DNA from: Octopus vulgaris
Lineage: Eukaryota
Assembly (NCBI GenBank): GCA_951406725.2
Contig: OX597823.1
Location: 22,072,001-22,136,000, forward strand
Direction of reading: 5' to 3'
Length of the DNA stretch: 64,000 bases
Part shown: one piece after another, positions 1 through 12,399 of the stretch
Layout of the letters: the number at the start of each line of letters is the position of its first letter
Position numbering within the stretch: the first letter of the stretch is position 1
The notes under the pieces: generated by a model
The model's database searches: none
Told to the model about the DNA's origin: nothing
What the model saw: the letters and a program-made list of their open reading frames with translations, nothing else
Made by a program: the position numbers and the translations under genes

Positions 1-1489
1 CATTTAACTCGATTATTTCCCAGCTGTAACCAAGAATAGGTACAACTGTAAAGTTGGTGTAATACTGATCCATGTTGAGCCCCGAAAGTGTTTATTTATT
101 GTTCGCGGGAATAAGTCGATAAAAAAAAAAGCATATATGTCAGAGCAAAACGTTTAATATTGTTCTACACTTACTCTTTCTTTTGAAGAAATGACTCTTA
201 TAATAAATGAAAACCGCTGCACAAAACCTCGAAAAGATAACTTTCTGAGACTCATTCTCAATATAGTTTATTAAGTGGAGAGGGTGGGGGTTATGGGGAA
301 GAACGTTCATGCCAGTGTTTTCTTGTATTGTGGTTCTTCCTTTTCCCATGCTGTCAAAGTGATTCCTTTGTATGCAATTTTTCAAAAATGCACTGCTGCA
401 GGTTTTGCTTCTCAGCTTTCAGAAATGTGAGATTTCAACTTCCGTTTTTGTTTTCTGACCCATTGAAGACTCCATCACTGCAACTTTCTCGCCCACCACT
501 TAACTTTTTTTCCTATTATTCTAGCATGACTATTGTTGCAACCTGTTAAACAACAATCCCAATAACTGCATCGCAATTGTTTTTCCATGCTTTACTTACA
601 TTTCTGCGGCTAATGAATTCCCCTTGTAAGGAATTTCAAAAACAACATAATAATCATTTGAAATTTTTCATTTTTTTTCTATCATAACACTCATAGCCTA
701 GTTTTCTTCTCTTTTTTTTATTTTACTAATAAACCACCTTTCTTCATTTCACGTAAATTTCTTGAAGGACGCACTTACAGTCTTTCTTATTTTTGCATCA
801 AGTACGCAGTCTGGTTCCTCTTTCATAAACTCAACTGGTATACGGTACCTATTCTATGAAGATCACTGTCTGTAATTTCCATGCTGAACGTAAATAAATT
901 TACTTGATTCTAAATCAAGTACCTAAGTCAAATTGTATAATGCTACATTACAAAATTTTATTCTCTGAAAACAATTCAACATTCAAATAGCATGTAAAGC
1001 TGGCTTTTTTTATTTCTAAATTCTAATCAATAATATAATGTACAAACAAATCCATTTGCTGACTTTCTAAATAGATTACTAATCAGCTCACTATAGTAGA
1101 TTCATACAATGCTTATCAAACAGGCTGGTTTCCTTACACATATCATAACGATTATGTTACCCTTAATCTTATTCAGTTGTAAGTAAAGATGCAACTGTGT
1201 AAAGCTCATGATGCTTATGATATTATACCAAGTTCAATATAGAAATATATTGTGGCTGTTGATATTCATTTAAAAGAATTCTGCGGTCATTAAGAAGGGC
1301 TATAATTTAATATGATATATTTATTCACATCTTGACAACTGATGTAAAGGTCATCATAAGTCATAACCATTTGAAAATTAATCTGTTTACAACTTAAAAT
1401 AGATTTAGCTTCAAAAGGATGTCCCTGAAGTATTTCAATAGGTTCTATTTTCTGAAATATTAAGTTGATTGCGAATGTCAAGAAAATGG

Positions 1490-1995
1490 CTCTTGTGGTC
1501 CATTGTGCAAAATCATGGAATGCGTTGTTATAAGAAAACTGATCACGTCCCTAGAGAAAATGGCCTTCTCACTGAGACTGCAGCACAGCTTCCGTCAAAG
1601 AAGGAGATGCTTCATATAACTACTACAAGATGATGACTGCGAAATGAAAAAGTAGCTCTTTTATTTAAATGTAGATGTGATGTATCTCGACTTTACCTAG
1701 GCCTTCGTTAAAGCTGATAATGGAATCCTATGTCACAAACTGCGTAGCTTTGGCATAGTTGGAAAACTACAGGAGTAGCTGCATATTTTAAAAGGAAGGA
1801 GTCAGGCAATTGCAACCAACGATGCTCTCTCGGGAGAGACATGAATTCGCAGAGGAATGACCAAAAGGAACTGTACTGGGACCATTACTGTTTGTGGCGA
1901 TTCTCTCAATTATACTGTCAATCATTCTAACAAGTTCCGTTAACAACACAAGAGTATTAAAAGCAACGAAGTACCTTGATAATAGAGCAACACTG
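1490..1995 (+). mobile_element. Decayed CR1/L2-like LINE reverse transcriptase fragment
   Basis: Manual translation gives LNVDVMYLDFT*AFVKADNGILCHKLRSFGIVGKLQE*L (1664-1780) and GTVLGPLLF (~1867-1893). These match the RT motifs YLDFxKAFDxVDH and QGxxLGPLLF. Stops and frameshifts are present. Confidence 0.7.
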
Positions 1996-2174
1996 CAGTT
2001 TTTGCCTACCGAATCTCACTCAGAAGATTAGAATCGTTCTGGCGCTAAGGTAAAAGAAACTTTCTCAAAATACCTTGCAAAGGGATCGAACGCGGAACAT
2101 CAGAAGAGCTAACTTTTTAACCACTCTCAGACGAAAAGCAAGATCTGAAACGTTATGCGCGCACGCGCGCGCGC

Positions 2175-2223
<49 letters not shown>

Positions 2224-2240
2224 TGTGTGTGTGCGTGGAT

Positions 2241-2620
2241 GGAAGCACTCCGTCGGTTACGACGACGAGGGTTCCGGTTGATCCGATCAAAGGAACAGCT
2301 TGCTCGTGAAATTAACGTGTAAGTGGCTGAGCACTCCACAGACACGTGTACTCTTAACGTAATTCTCGGGGATATTCAGCGTGACACAGAGAGTGACAAG
2401 GCCGGCCCTTTGAAATACAGGTACAACAGAAACAGGAAGTAAGAGAGAGAGAAAGTTGTGGTGAAAGAGTACAGCAGGGATCACCACCATCCCTGCCGGA
2501 GCCTCGTGGAGTTTTAGGTGTTTTCGCTCAATAAACACACACAACGCCCGGTCTGGGAATCGAAACCGCGATCCTACTACCGCGAGTCCGCTGCCCTAAC
2601 CACTGGGCCATTGCGCTTCC
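2241..2620 (-). mobile_element. SINE family A (tRNA-Arg-like head, tail type 1)
   Basis: Minus strand begins GGAAGCGCAATGGCCCAGTGGTTAGGGCAGCGGACTCGCGG...GGTTTCGATTCCC (Pol III A/B boxes, TCG anticodon-like loop). Near-identical copies at 40976 and 50567. Confidence 0.85.
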
Positions 2621-3233
2621 ACGGTGTGTGTACATGGATGAAAGATGGAATGACCACCCCCACAACACATTTGATTACCGCTCTGTTCTATCGTAGCAGA
2701 TCTTGGGCTAAACGGCTCCACACAAATTATGTGTGAAATCTTAACTTTCCTGTCTGCAATCAACAAACACTTTACATCGTTATCTGATTATTCACATTCG
2801 ATGTCTTTCTTTTCATCATTATCAAATCATTTAATTCTTATGTCTTCTGCTATATTTATATTGAGATTGCATAAACAATGTTTCATTATTTACGTCTATC
2901 CATTTTCTATTTTCATTTGAAAGTGGGTAATGCATTGGCCTTTGGTTTAAGCACTTAGTGAAGGTCTAACCTTAAATAACAGCCATTAATAAATATAGCA
3001 GGTAAAGCTGTATAAATCATCATCAGGTGTAATTTTGATTTCAAACATAAGAGCGAGTCTCAAGAGAGGAGGAATACAAAGAACTATGGCAATTTATGAC
3101 ATTGGCAAAATACCTCACATTTTTCTGTTGGCAGTTTTCATCGGTGAATCTTTCAGCGCTCTGGTTTCAAATCATGCTGAGATCAACTTTGCCTTTCATC
3201 CATTTGGGTCGTCGATCGATAAATAAAGCATCA

Positions 3234-3498
3234 ATCTTCTTCTTCTTCTTCTTCTTCTTCTTCTTCTTCTTCTTCTTCTTCTTCTTCTTCTTCTTCTTCT
3301 TCTTCTTCTTCTTCTTCTTCTTCTTCTTCTTCTTCTTCTTCTTCTTCTTCTTCTTCTTCTTCTCCTCCTCCTCCTTCTTCTTCTTCTTCGTCTTCTTCCT
3401 CCTCTTCTTCTTCTTCTTCTTCTTCTTCTTCTTCTTCTTCTTCTTCTTCTTCTTCTTCTTCTTCTTCTTCTTCTTCTTCTTCTTCTTCTTCTTCTTCT
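3234..3498. repeat. (TTC)n microsatellite
   Basis: ~265 bp TTC tract with a few TCC/TCG interruptions; source of the poly-F/K/R pseudo-ORFs. Confidence 0.97.
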
Positions 3499-3612
3499 CT
3501 CCTTCCTCACACACACGCATACTTCTCTCTGGAAGAAATTGACTATGTTCAAACCTAGAAAGGGATGGACTCCAACAGCTCTAAAATGCCTCAATCATGC
3601 GCATATATATAC

Positions 3613-3677
<65 letters not shown>

Positions 3678-3680
<3 letters not shown>

Positions 3681-3922
3681 GTAAATGTAATATGTGACAA
3701 TTATTCGGTAGCCATGATAAAAGTCCGAGTTTCGGATACCGAGGTGGAAATCCACGCCGCCATCTCTTCAGTTATCCGGCCATCGGCCTATCTTGGAAAA
3801 AATTACAGACCTTAATATCCGATGACTGGATAACAAAAGAGATGGCGGCGTGGATTTCCACCTCTATTTACATAATATCGAGGTTTCTTTCATTCTTTTG
3901 TTGTCTTACCATTTTTAGCAAT
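3678..3922. mobile_element. Penelope-like pLTR-type fragment with internal inversion, between (TA)n tracts
   Basis: Same family as 61147-61530. Inverted repeat 3741-3785 vs ~3820-3864. Carries a hammerhead-like motif on the minus strand. Confidence 0.6.
3716..3776 (-). ncRNA. Type I hammerhead ribozyme motif (stem III mutated)
   Basis: Reverse complement reads GATAA-CTGAAGA-[stem II]-GAAACTCGGACTT-TTATC. One stem III mismatch relative to the intact copy at 61184-61244. Confidence 0.5.
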
Positions 3923-3929
3923 ATATACA

Positions 3930-4004
<75 letters not shown>

Positions 4005-4006
<2 letters not shown>

Positions 4007-4964
4007 ACTAGCTTAAGGTGACCTGCTCTACGCGCGGGTAAGAGTGTGGTTGTTACTTTCTGTTGCTTCCTTTCTGTTTTTTATCACCACATTCTCCCTC
4101 TTTGTTTCTCTCTCCTTTCTCTCTCACTTTCCCACTCTCTTACTCTTCCTTTGTCTCGGACTCTCCCTCGCTAACTCTTACTCTCTATCTTTCTCTTTCT
4201 CTCTCTCTCTCCCATTTATAAAAAAACAAAAGAGCTTCAGTAAGTTGAGAAAGAATATATTTTGAAAGATCAATCATAAATATCAGGCAGTGACAACGGA
4301 AACGTCTGCTTCAAGGCAGACAGCAAAACACTAACATTTAAAAGGGACAGACGAACTTGTGAGCTGAATAAAAACATAAAAAATATTGGAAACTCAAGTT
4401 TGAAGGGATAGAATCTGAGGATAGTAGAGTCAACATGGCTGGCATTTCTTAACGACGGACAGCAACGTAGTGGCAGTTTAACAGCTGGCCTAAAATTTTG
4501 AACTTGATGTAAAAGAAAATTCCTAAACACCAGGTTTTGAAGTGATTCTTTCTCACGACAGTAGACTCACCATGGCAAGCATTCAAAACTTCTTCATCAT
4601 GGACGGCAACACATTGACGATTTAAAGGCTGGCGCAAAGTTTGTAGCTTGATGTAACAGAGAATTCCTAAACACCCGCTCCTGTAAATTTTAATCCCCTT
4701 CAAGCCCCATTTAGACCTATTTTCACATTTTGGTTAATATAACCCGATTTAATTCGGGTCTATTCGAGCCACGTTTTATAAGATGAGCAATTTTGTCCTA
4801 GAGGTCACGCCTTTCATTTGAGGAAAAAAATAGTTGCCATGCCAACTCGCCAGCACTTTTAACATAGGTGTGCATATTTTCAGCACAACCGACCACATAA
4901 TGCACACATTATATATATATACGCATTATATATATATGTGCGTGTGTGTACGCATTATATATAC

Positions 4965-5028
<64 letters not shown>

Positions 5029-5817
5029 AATTAGAGATAAAACTACTATTAGGCAGATCAAACAGTGAAGAACATAAACCAAAACATAAAAATAAAAATA
5101 TAATATACAAAATATATATAAAATTTAAAAATTTAGATTATTTAAATTTAAAATTAAAATTATTAATTTATATTTATAATTTTAAAAAAATATAACTCTC
5201 AAAAAGTATTAAAAAGTTTAATATACATAAATACAGATATATACACTTTGTATATATACATTATATATACATATTTATATATAGAACACACACACACTCA
5301 CACACACACATATAAAATAACCCAATAAATAATATCTGATGCATAATATTTGTTCTCATGATTGTGTGGTTGTGGTGGCGATGATAATTCTCTCTGTGAA
5401 TGCAGACAGACGTAGAGAGAGAGAGAGAGAGAGTGTAAAAGCGCTGTCGAAGGCGGCGGGGGATAGGACGCTGTGAAACGACGTTATAGAGAGAAAGTGA
5501 AGGTAAGGGAGGTAGACGCTGTGAAACGACGTCATAGATAGAACGTGATGGGAAGGGAGGAAAGAGAGTGAGTGATGGAGGAAGACAGATACATAAAAGA
5601 ATGAGAGTAGACTTGCCAAAGTGCGTTTTTGGCCCTAGCAACAACACCTTTTAAGATAGGGATTTCTAACCTAGCCCACTCGCATCCTCACCTCATTTTA
5701 CATGTCCCTGTAAATTTTGGAGTCAATCCGACGGGATCTAGTGGCCTTTAACCCGTTCTCAATGCCAAAACCAGACAAACAAACAAACAAACTTTTCGCA
5801 TTTCAGAATTATAATAT

Positions 5818-5820
<3 letters not shown>
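4005..5820 (+). mobile_element. Probable non-autonomous Helitron-like (Lep1/HINE-type) element or fragments
   Basis: Start TACTAGC..GACCTGCTCTACGCGCGGGT. Diverged internal ~120-bp repeats at 4420-4531 and 4557-4676. End ...CAGACAAACAAACAAACAAACTTTTCGCATTT..ATAATATAG resembles the ends of Lep1-type elements. May be several pieces. Confidence 0.4.
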
Positions 5821-5914
<94 letters not shown>

Positions 5915-7599
5915 TAGGGGTCGGATAAAATAATGGAAACACCTAGCATCATAGTACCATAATTTTGAAATATCTATAAAAATGTCAAAAGCTTGTTTAT
6001 TTTTATGTTTTTGATTTATTATTAGTGTTGCTTAAGATGTTTGCTAAAATTAGTGTTTCTTTTCAGATACCATCAGAAAAAGCTAACTAAAATTCATTTA
6101 TATGACAGATCTATCGAACTTTCAAAGAGGTTAAATCGTTGGTGATCATATGGCAGGCGCTAGCGTAACGAAAACAGCCGAAATGTTTGGTGTATCAAGA
6201 AGTACTGTGTCGAAAGTAATTATATAGGCGCAGGAGTGGCTGTGTGGTAGGTAGCTTGTTTACCAACCACATGGTTCCGGGTTCAGTCCCACTGCGTGGC
6301 ACCTTGGGCAAGTGTCTTCTTCTTTAGCCTCGGGCTGACCAAAGCCTTGTGAGTGGATTTGGTAGACGGAAACTGAAAGAAGCCCGTCGTATATATGTAT
6401 ATATATATATGCGTGTGTGTGTTTGTGTCTGTGTTTGTCTTCCTAGCATTGCTTGACAACCGATGCTGGTATGTTTATGTCCCCGTTACTTAGCGGTTCG
6501 GCAAAAGAGACCGATAGAATAAGTACTGGGCTTACAAAAGAATAAGTCCCGGGGTCGAGTTGCTCGATTAAAGGCGGTGCTCCAGCATGGCCGCAGTCAA
6601 ATGACTGAAAAAAGTAAAAGAATAAAAGAAAGAATAAAGAATAGCCTTTGAGAAAGAGGGAAAAACCTCCCCGTCTAAACAAAACTCCGGAAGAAAACCA
6701 AAACTTTCAGATAGGGACCGTCGGACTATTACGCAAATTGGTAGAAAGGATCACAAAAGTACAGCTCCAAAAATTACGTGAAATGACCACCTCGAGAACC
6801 CAGTTTCCACAAAACTTCTTCATCGGGAGCTGCACAAAGCCGGATTTCACGGGAGAGCTTGCAGTCAGAAAACCACCACTTTCAAAAACAAACGTTGCAA
6901 AGCGCGTTTACAGTGGAGTAAAAACCGACAGAATTGGTCCCTAGAGCAGTGGAAGAAAGTTATTTTCTCGGCGAGTCATCCTTTACCTTATTTCCGAACA
7001 CCGGCGAGTATACGTGTGGAGACATCCAAAAGAAGCATTTGACCCAGACTGCTTTCTTCCAACTGTTAACTATGGAGGAGGATTTGTGATGATCTGGGTG
7101 GTGTCTATATCTTGGAAATCCACCGGACCAATGGCTTCCCTTCATGGCAGAATTAATAGTCAAGAATATTTAAGCATTTTATCTGATCAAATTCATCCTA
7201 TGGTTGTGGAACTGTTTCAGGATGGAAACAAACTTTCAGGATGATAATGCACCAATTCACACAGCTAAATTTGTTACTGAATGCCGCGAGGAACATTCTA
7301 GTGAAGTTGAACATCTTATCTGGCCACCACAGTCCTCAGATCTCAATATTATTGAACATTTATGGTGCGTTTTAGAAAAACAAGTAAGGAGTCGATATCC
7401 TCCACCATCATCACCACAAGAACTGGATGGAGACTGTTTTAGTTGAAGAATGGACAAAAATTCCTTTGAATCAATTCAAACTTTGTACGAGTCCATACCT
7501 CATAGAATTCAAACTGTAATTTCTGCTAAAGGCAGTCCTACCCTATATTAAAATAAATTTGTTTGAAATTTTAAGGTGTTTCCATTATTTTGTCCAACG

Positions 7600-7603
<4 letters not shown>
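5915..7603 (+). mobile_element. Tc1/mariner DD36E-type transposon, copy 1 (frameshifted, SINE-interrupted)
   Basis: TIRs TAGGGGTCGGATAAAATAATGGAAACACCT / AGGTGTTTCCATTATTTTGTCCAACGCCTA in TA context. Transposase pieces VWRHPKEAFDPDCFLPTVNYGGGFVMIW and FQDDNAPIHTAK...WPPQSSDLNIIEHLW. SINE B inserted at ~6222-6641. Confidence 0.92.
6222..6641 (+). mobile_element. SINE family B (tRNA-like head, internal TA/TG microsatellite), nested in the Tc1 element
   Basis: GGCGCAGGAGTGGCTGTGTGGT...GGGTTCAGTCCC...GAAAGAAGCCCGTCG-(TA/TG)n-...GCAGTCAAATGACTGAAA-(AAAGAAT)n. Splits the transposase between AAAGTAAT and AGCCTTTGAGAAAG, which are contiguous in copy 2. Confidence 0.88.
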
Positions 7604-7637
<34 letters not shown>

Positions 7638-7895
7638 AAATGAGACAAGAACGCGAAACATCCAGAAGACGATACAAAAAACACGGACGGGTCATTCGAA
7701 GCCTTTAATCTTCCGTCATGAACCTGATCATCCTAGCAATTTCGGCTGATTAATCTTGAGATTGCTCCAATCTGGCCAGCCCCAAGGAAAAACTAAGAGC
7801 ATTAGATTTTTTGGAAAAAAGCTTCGAATGTATACGAAACAAGGACGGAATAACGGACGATGTTACACGAATATAAAAAATAAAAGAAAAAAAAC

Positions 7896-7933
<38 letters not shown>

Positions 7934-8239
7934 TAATAATAATAATAACAGGACATAATAACAGACGGCTTTCGACTGAAGACGAATTGAATTCAGCTGG
8001 CGTGTTAGGAATTAAGCCTTACGGCAGAGGAAAAATGTCGATGTGACAGCAACCGCTGCCAAACGCAAAAAGGCTAGTAGTCGGCCAACGGTCACGTGAG
8101 AAGGGAAGAGAGAGGAAAAGAGGAACAAAGGAATTAAGGAGGGGAGAAGAGAAAGAAAAAGAGGAACAAAGGAATTAAGGAGGGGGAGAAGAGAGAGAGA
8201 GAGAGCGAGAAAAAGGGAACACACACACACACATACATA

Positions 8240-8399
8240 TATACGGCGGCCTTCTTTCAGTTTCCGTCTACCAAATCCACTCACAAGGCTTTGGTCGGCA
8301 CGAGGCTATAGTAGAAGACACTTGCCCAAAGTGCCATGCAGTGGGACTGAACCCGGAACCATGTGGTTGGTAAGCAAGCTACTTACCACACAGCCACTC
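8240..8399 (-). mobile_element. SINE family B, 5' half
   Basis: Reverse complement of the family B head up to the internal microsatellite. Confidence 0.8.
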
Positions 8400-9051
8400 A
8401 AGCGAGGTTCATACGATTAATGTTTGATTCAATAGATTGAAAACTGTTAAGAGATTCAAGAATGACTTTTCTTGTGAAATCCAGAAGTATTACGTCGTAA
8501 AACCTAGAGAAATTTTAATGGTTGAATAGGAAAACTTTTAATAAGTTCCAAACTACTTTTAATGGTTCCAGATAGTTTTAATTGAAGAAACAACGAAGAT
8601 TTAATTGAAAAGTCTAGAAGGGCCTATTGCAGGAACTGGGAGAGATGTTATTGAGAAATTCCTAGGGATGTTATTGAGATTTATTGAGAAATTCCTAGAG
8701 ATTTTGCATGAAATTTGAAAATGATTTAAGCGAGAGAAAAATATGAAAATTTGCTTTATGAATTAATGGTTTATCGGTAACGCTGTTTTTCTCCTCTCCA
8801 CCGTCTTATGATGATGTAATGTCTAATAATATTACTGGATGCTAATTATTAATTATTTAGTCTAGGAAAGAAGAACACGCCATTAACCCTTTTTTGCAGG
8901 GCTTCAGAAACAGGACAGAAAGTTGAAAAAGAAGCAGATCTTTATATCTCCAGGACAACGATCTGGTTTGAATATAGAAAAAGACACCCAAAGATGTCAA
9001 ATAGGTGAGTTGGATCCACCATTTAAAAGCAGATGCAGTACATCTGACAGT

Positions 9052-9468
9052 CTTACTCTTTTTACTTTTACTCTCTTTTACTTGTTTCAGTCATTTGACT
9101 GCGGCCATGCTGCAGCACTGACTTTAGTCGAGCAAATCGACCCCAGGACTTATTCTCTAGAAGCCTAGTACTTATTCTATCAATCACTTTTGCCGAACCG
9201 CTAAATTACAGGGACGTAAACACATCACTATCGGTTGTCAAGCGATGTTGGGGGACAAAGACATAAACATATACACACACACATATATATATATACATAT
9301 ATACGACGAACTTCTTTCAGTTTCCGTCTACCAAATCCACTCACAAGGGTTTGGTCGGCCCGTGGCTATAATAGAAGACACTTGCCCAAGGTGCTACACA
9401 GTGGGACTGAACCCGGAACCATGTGGTTGGTAAGCAAGCTACTTACCATACAGCCACTCCTGCGCCTT
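9052..9468 (-). mobile_element. SINE family B, full length
   Basis: Reverse complement of 6222-6641 throughout. Confidence 0.85.
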
Positions 9469-9854
9469 ATTTTATTTTAACGTATTACAAACTAAATGTG
9501 CTTATAATCTGGATAGTATGTGGTCTTAGATGGCGTAGATTCCGTCCACCCAATTTCATTAATAAGGTCACGGTCGATCTGAGGCTACGGTAAATTATAC
9601 AATTTTCCAAGATGAGGCAGCGTGGGATCGAACCCAAAATCCCGCAATATCAGCTAAAACGTCGTAACCATGGAAAATAAATCTTTGGCTGTATTTAGTT
9701 TTGTCGTTTATACGTTCTGGGTTCAAATCCGGTTAGGGTTGAAGTTGGTTACTATCGACCTGAAGATCGATCAAAATATGCACTAGTCATGAGCCGACGA
9801 TGATCCAGTCGACCATGCCCTCCACCCACTAAATTTGTGGCGTTGCTACATATT

Positions 9855-10219
9855 TATTCTTTTACTCTTTTACTTGTTTCAGTCATTTGACTGCGGCCAT
9901 GCTGGAGCACCACCTTTTAGTCGAGCAAATCGACCTCAGGACTTATTCTTTGGAAGCCTGGTGCTTATTCTATCGGTCATTTTTGCCGAACCGCTAGATT
10001 ACGGGGACGTAAACACACCACCATCGGTCGTCAAGCGCTGTTGGATAGGGGGGAGGACAAACACAAACACACAAACATATACACACACATACATATATAC
10101 GACGAGCTTCTTTCAGTTTCCGTGTACCAAAGCCACTCACAAGGCTTTGCTCCGCCCGAGGCTATAGTAGAAGACACTTGCCCAAGGTGCCACGCAGTGG
10201 AACTGAACCCGGAACCATG
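9855..10219 (-). mobile_element. SINE family B, 5'-truncated
   Basis: Matches family B from the tail to GAACCCGGAACCATG. Confidence 0.82.
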
Positions 10220-11656
10220 CGTATATTATAAATAACTTTGTTGTCTACATTGATATTTTTCCTTGCTGCTGCTGCTGCTGCTGTTGTTGTTATTATTATT
10301 ATTGTTGTTGTTGTTGTTGTTCTTCTTCTTCTTCATTCTCTCCCCACGTCCTAGTGTTTGTTGTATTCGTTTCTGCCATCCCAATTAAACAAGTTAATAG
10401 TTAAATAGTTAAACATCAGTAGCTAATCAGCCTACCAATGAAGAATATGAAATGGGCGGAAGAGGAGTGGGGGAGACCCCAAAAATAATGACAACGCCAA
10501 CAATATCAACAACACTAACATTCACAATAAAAAACAATAAAAATTATACCAATAAAAAAGACAGAACAAAAAAAAACCCAAAGCACTACACAGTAGCTAC
10601 TCCCTCCCATAAAACAAAAAGAAACAAAAAGCAAAAGAAAAAAAAACAAAACAAACAAAATCAAAGCCGAGAAGTCATATTAAAAACTCAATCAAAATCT
10701 TAATTGATTAAATGTGGTGTTTAAAGAATGAAAAGAATGCGATGGAGTCATACAGTCTGTGCCAACTGTATTTAATAGTCGAAATTATTTGGTGTGTAAA
10801 TTAAAATCCCATATTGTCACTGTTGTTTTTGTTTAACCCGATGTCAAACAGAATCGATTGAACCTGGGATCAATGGCATTCCAGCCGTGACAGGCCCGTC
10901 TTTTTGTATATCTTGGAGTATATTATCAGGGCAGTGTCCCAGCGTGGCTGCAGCTGAATGACTGTCAGAAGAAAAAGATGGAGAAGATAGAAAAAGTTGT
11001 ACAAGCAGATGGGACCTAGAATGGTTAACTTTAGTCTCATTGTCACGTCCAGCTATGATTACGTGACGGCTGTAGGTGGTGATTGGTCAAATGTTAATTT
11101 TCGTCGGTTTCACAAAGTTTCAGAGGAGTATTATCTCGTCTCCTTTATAGGCATATCGTATTCAGGACTGGGTTGACCAAACCATACGTTTATCCATTTT
11201 TAGCATGCTACTGTGTCGATTAAAGATGATTTAACTGCCTTTTCTAGCAGGTCGAGGTACCATATAGTGGTTCTCAGTTGGCTCGGAACAATAACTAGCA
11301 TTCTCTAATCGAGTCCAATCCATTTGCTCACCACCATTATAGCCACCAGAAAAATTTACACGCAAAAGAAACAATTGGATGCTGGAAAGTGCATTCTTTC
11401 CTAACTGTCCTACAGTACCTCAAATGAAGATTAATATGTGTCAGCGTAGCTACAGTAAAACTACAAGTTTGTGGATTGCATTTAGCTGATCTATCCAATG
11501 ACCTACGAACCTTAAGTAAAATCCAAAATCGGAAAAGAAATGTATGGGTCTCTGTCGCCCTCAATATGTCTTCTAAAAGGAAGGGCATGAGTTAAAATAA
11601 ATGTAGCTGCTTACTGGGTAGGGTAAAAGAGGTTCAAGCCCTTTATTATTATTATT

Positions 11657-12210
11657 GAGTGAGAGGTCAGCTCATGCCACCAAAGTGACACTGGGGTAAA
11701 ATATACGAAGCCCAGTGTACCCATCATGACTTCGCGTCTGATAAGAGTACACTAGGGACATGCATCACAACCATATGTACTCGACATGGTGATCTCATAT
11801 CAAAATAAACAGCACATGACCTTGCAGGTGGGGCCCAGTTAGAATTTTCTTCTGGTCGAGTAGCCCATCCCGCTCGAAAGGTCCCCGAATAAGCGTTCTT
11901 TAAGGATGTTGAACGAAACACCCATGTTTCCAGAGGTGAATTATCCAAACCTCTAAGAATTCCTTTCGATACAGGGCTATGATGCTCCCCCACTATTTCT
12001 GCACATGATCAGAGATGCACATATCGTCAGCCATTAAGGGACATGGTCAAGTGGTTATGGTCAAACAACTGGCAAGCAAATCTGTGGTATTGAGCAGAAT
12101 ATTTGCTGTAGCCCATCTTTCATACCAGGACAAAACAATGTACATGATAACACTTCCAATCAGTTAAGATCAGAAGCCACGAGAGCCACTGCCTGGTACT
12201 GCATCAGGGC

Positions 12211-12213
<3 letters not shown>
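11657..12213 (-). mobile_element. ~555-bp non-coding element inserted in (AAT)n (family D)
   Basis: Near-identical to 14577-15133, 25303-25859, 27392-28130 and 35756-36310. Both ends abut (TTA)n. No TIRs and no long ORF. Confidence 0.85.
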
Positions 12214-12271
<58 letters not shown>

Positions 12272-12399
12272 GCTTTATTGTACTTATGAAAGGTAATATT
12301 TATTTTGGACCTTTGCGTTGAGTTTAAACCCCACCACGGTCAAATATGCTTTTCATCCTTTCCAGGCAAGTACCAGGGTCGATGGTATAGACTAACTTA

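Noticed and set aside
2287-2544. Repeated ORF MFIERKHLKLHEAPAG... (also 41022, 50582) suggesting a gene family
   Set aside because: Lies wholly inside SINE family A copies.
3096-3594. Poly-F/K/R ORFs, and all YI-, HT-, CV-, poly-I/M/H ORFs elsewhere
   Set aside because: Translations of microsatellites.
7635-8070. Further hammerheads in a pLTR-like fragment (TTTCGGCTG at ~7740, TTTCGACTG at ~7970)
   Set aside because: Stem II-GAAA halves are visible on the minus strand but the core strand is not recognisable; too degenerate to call.
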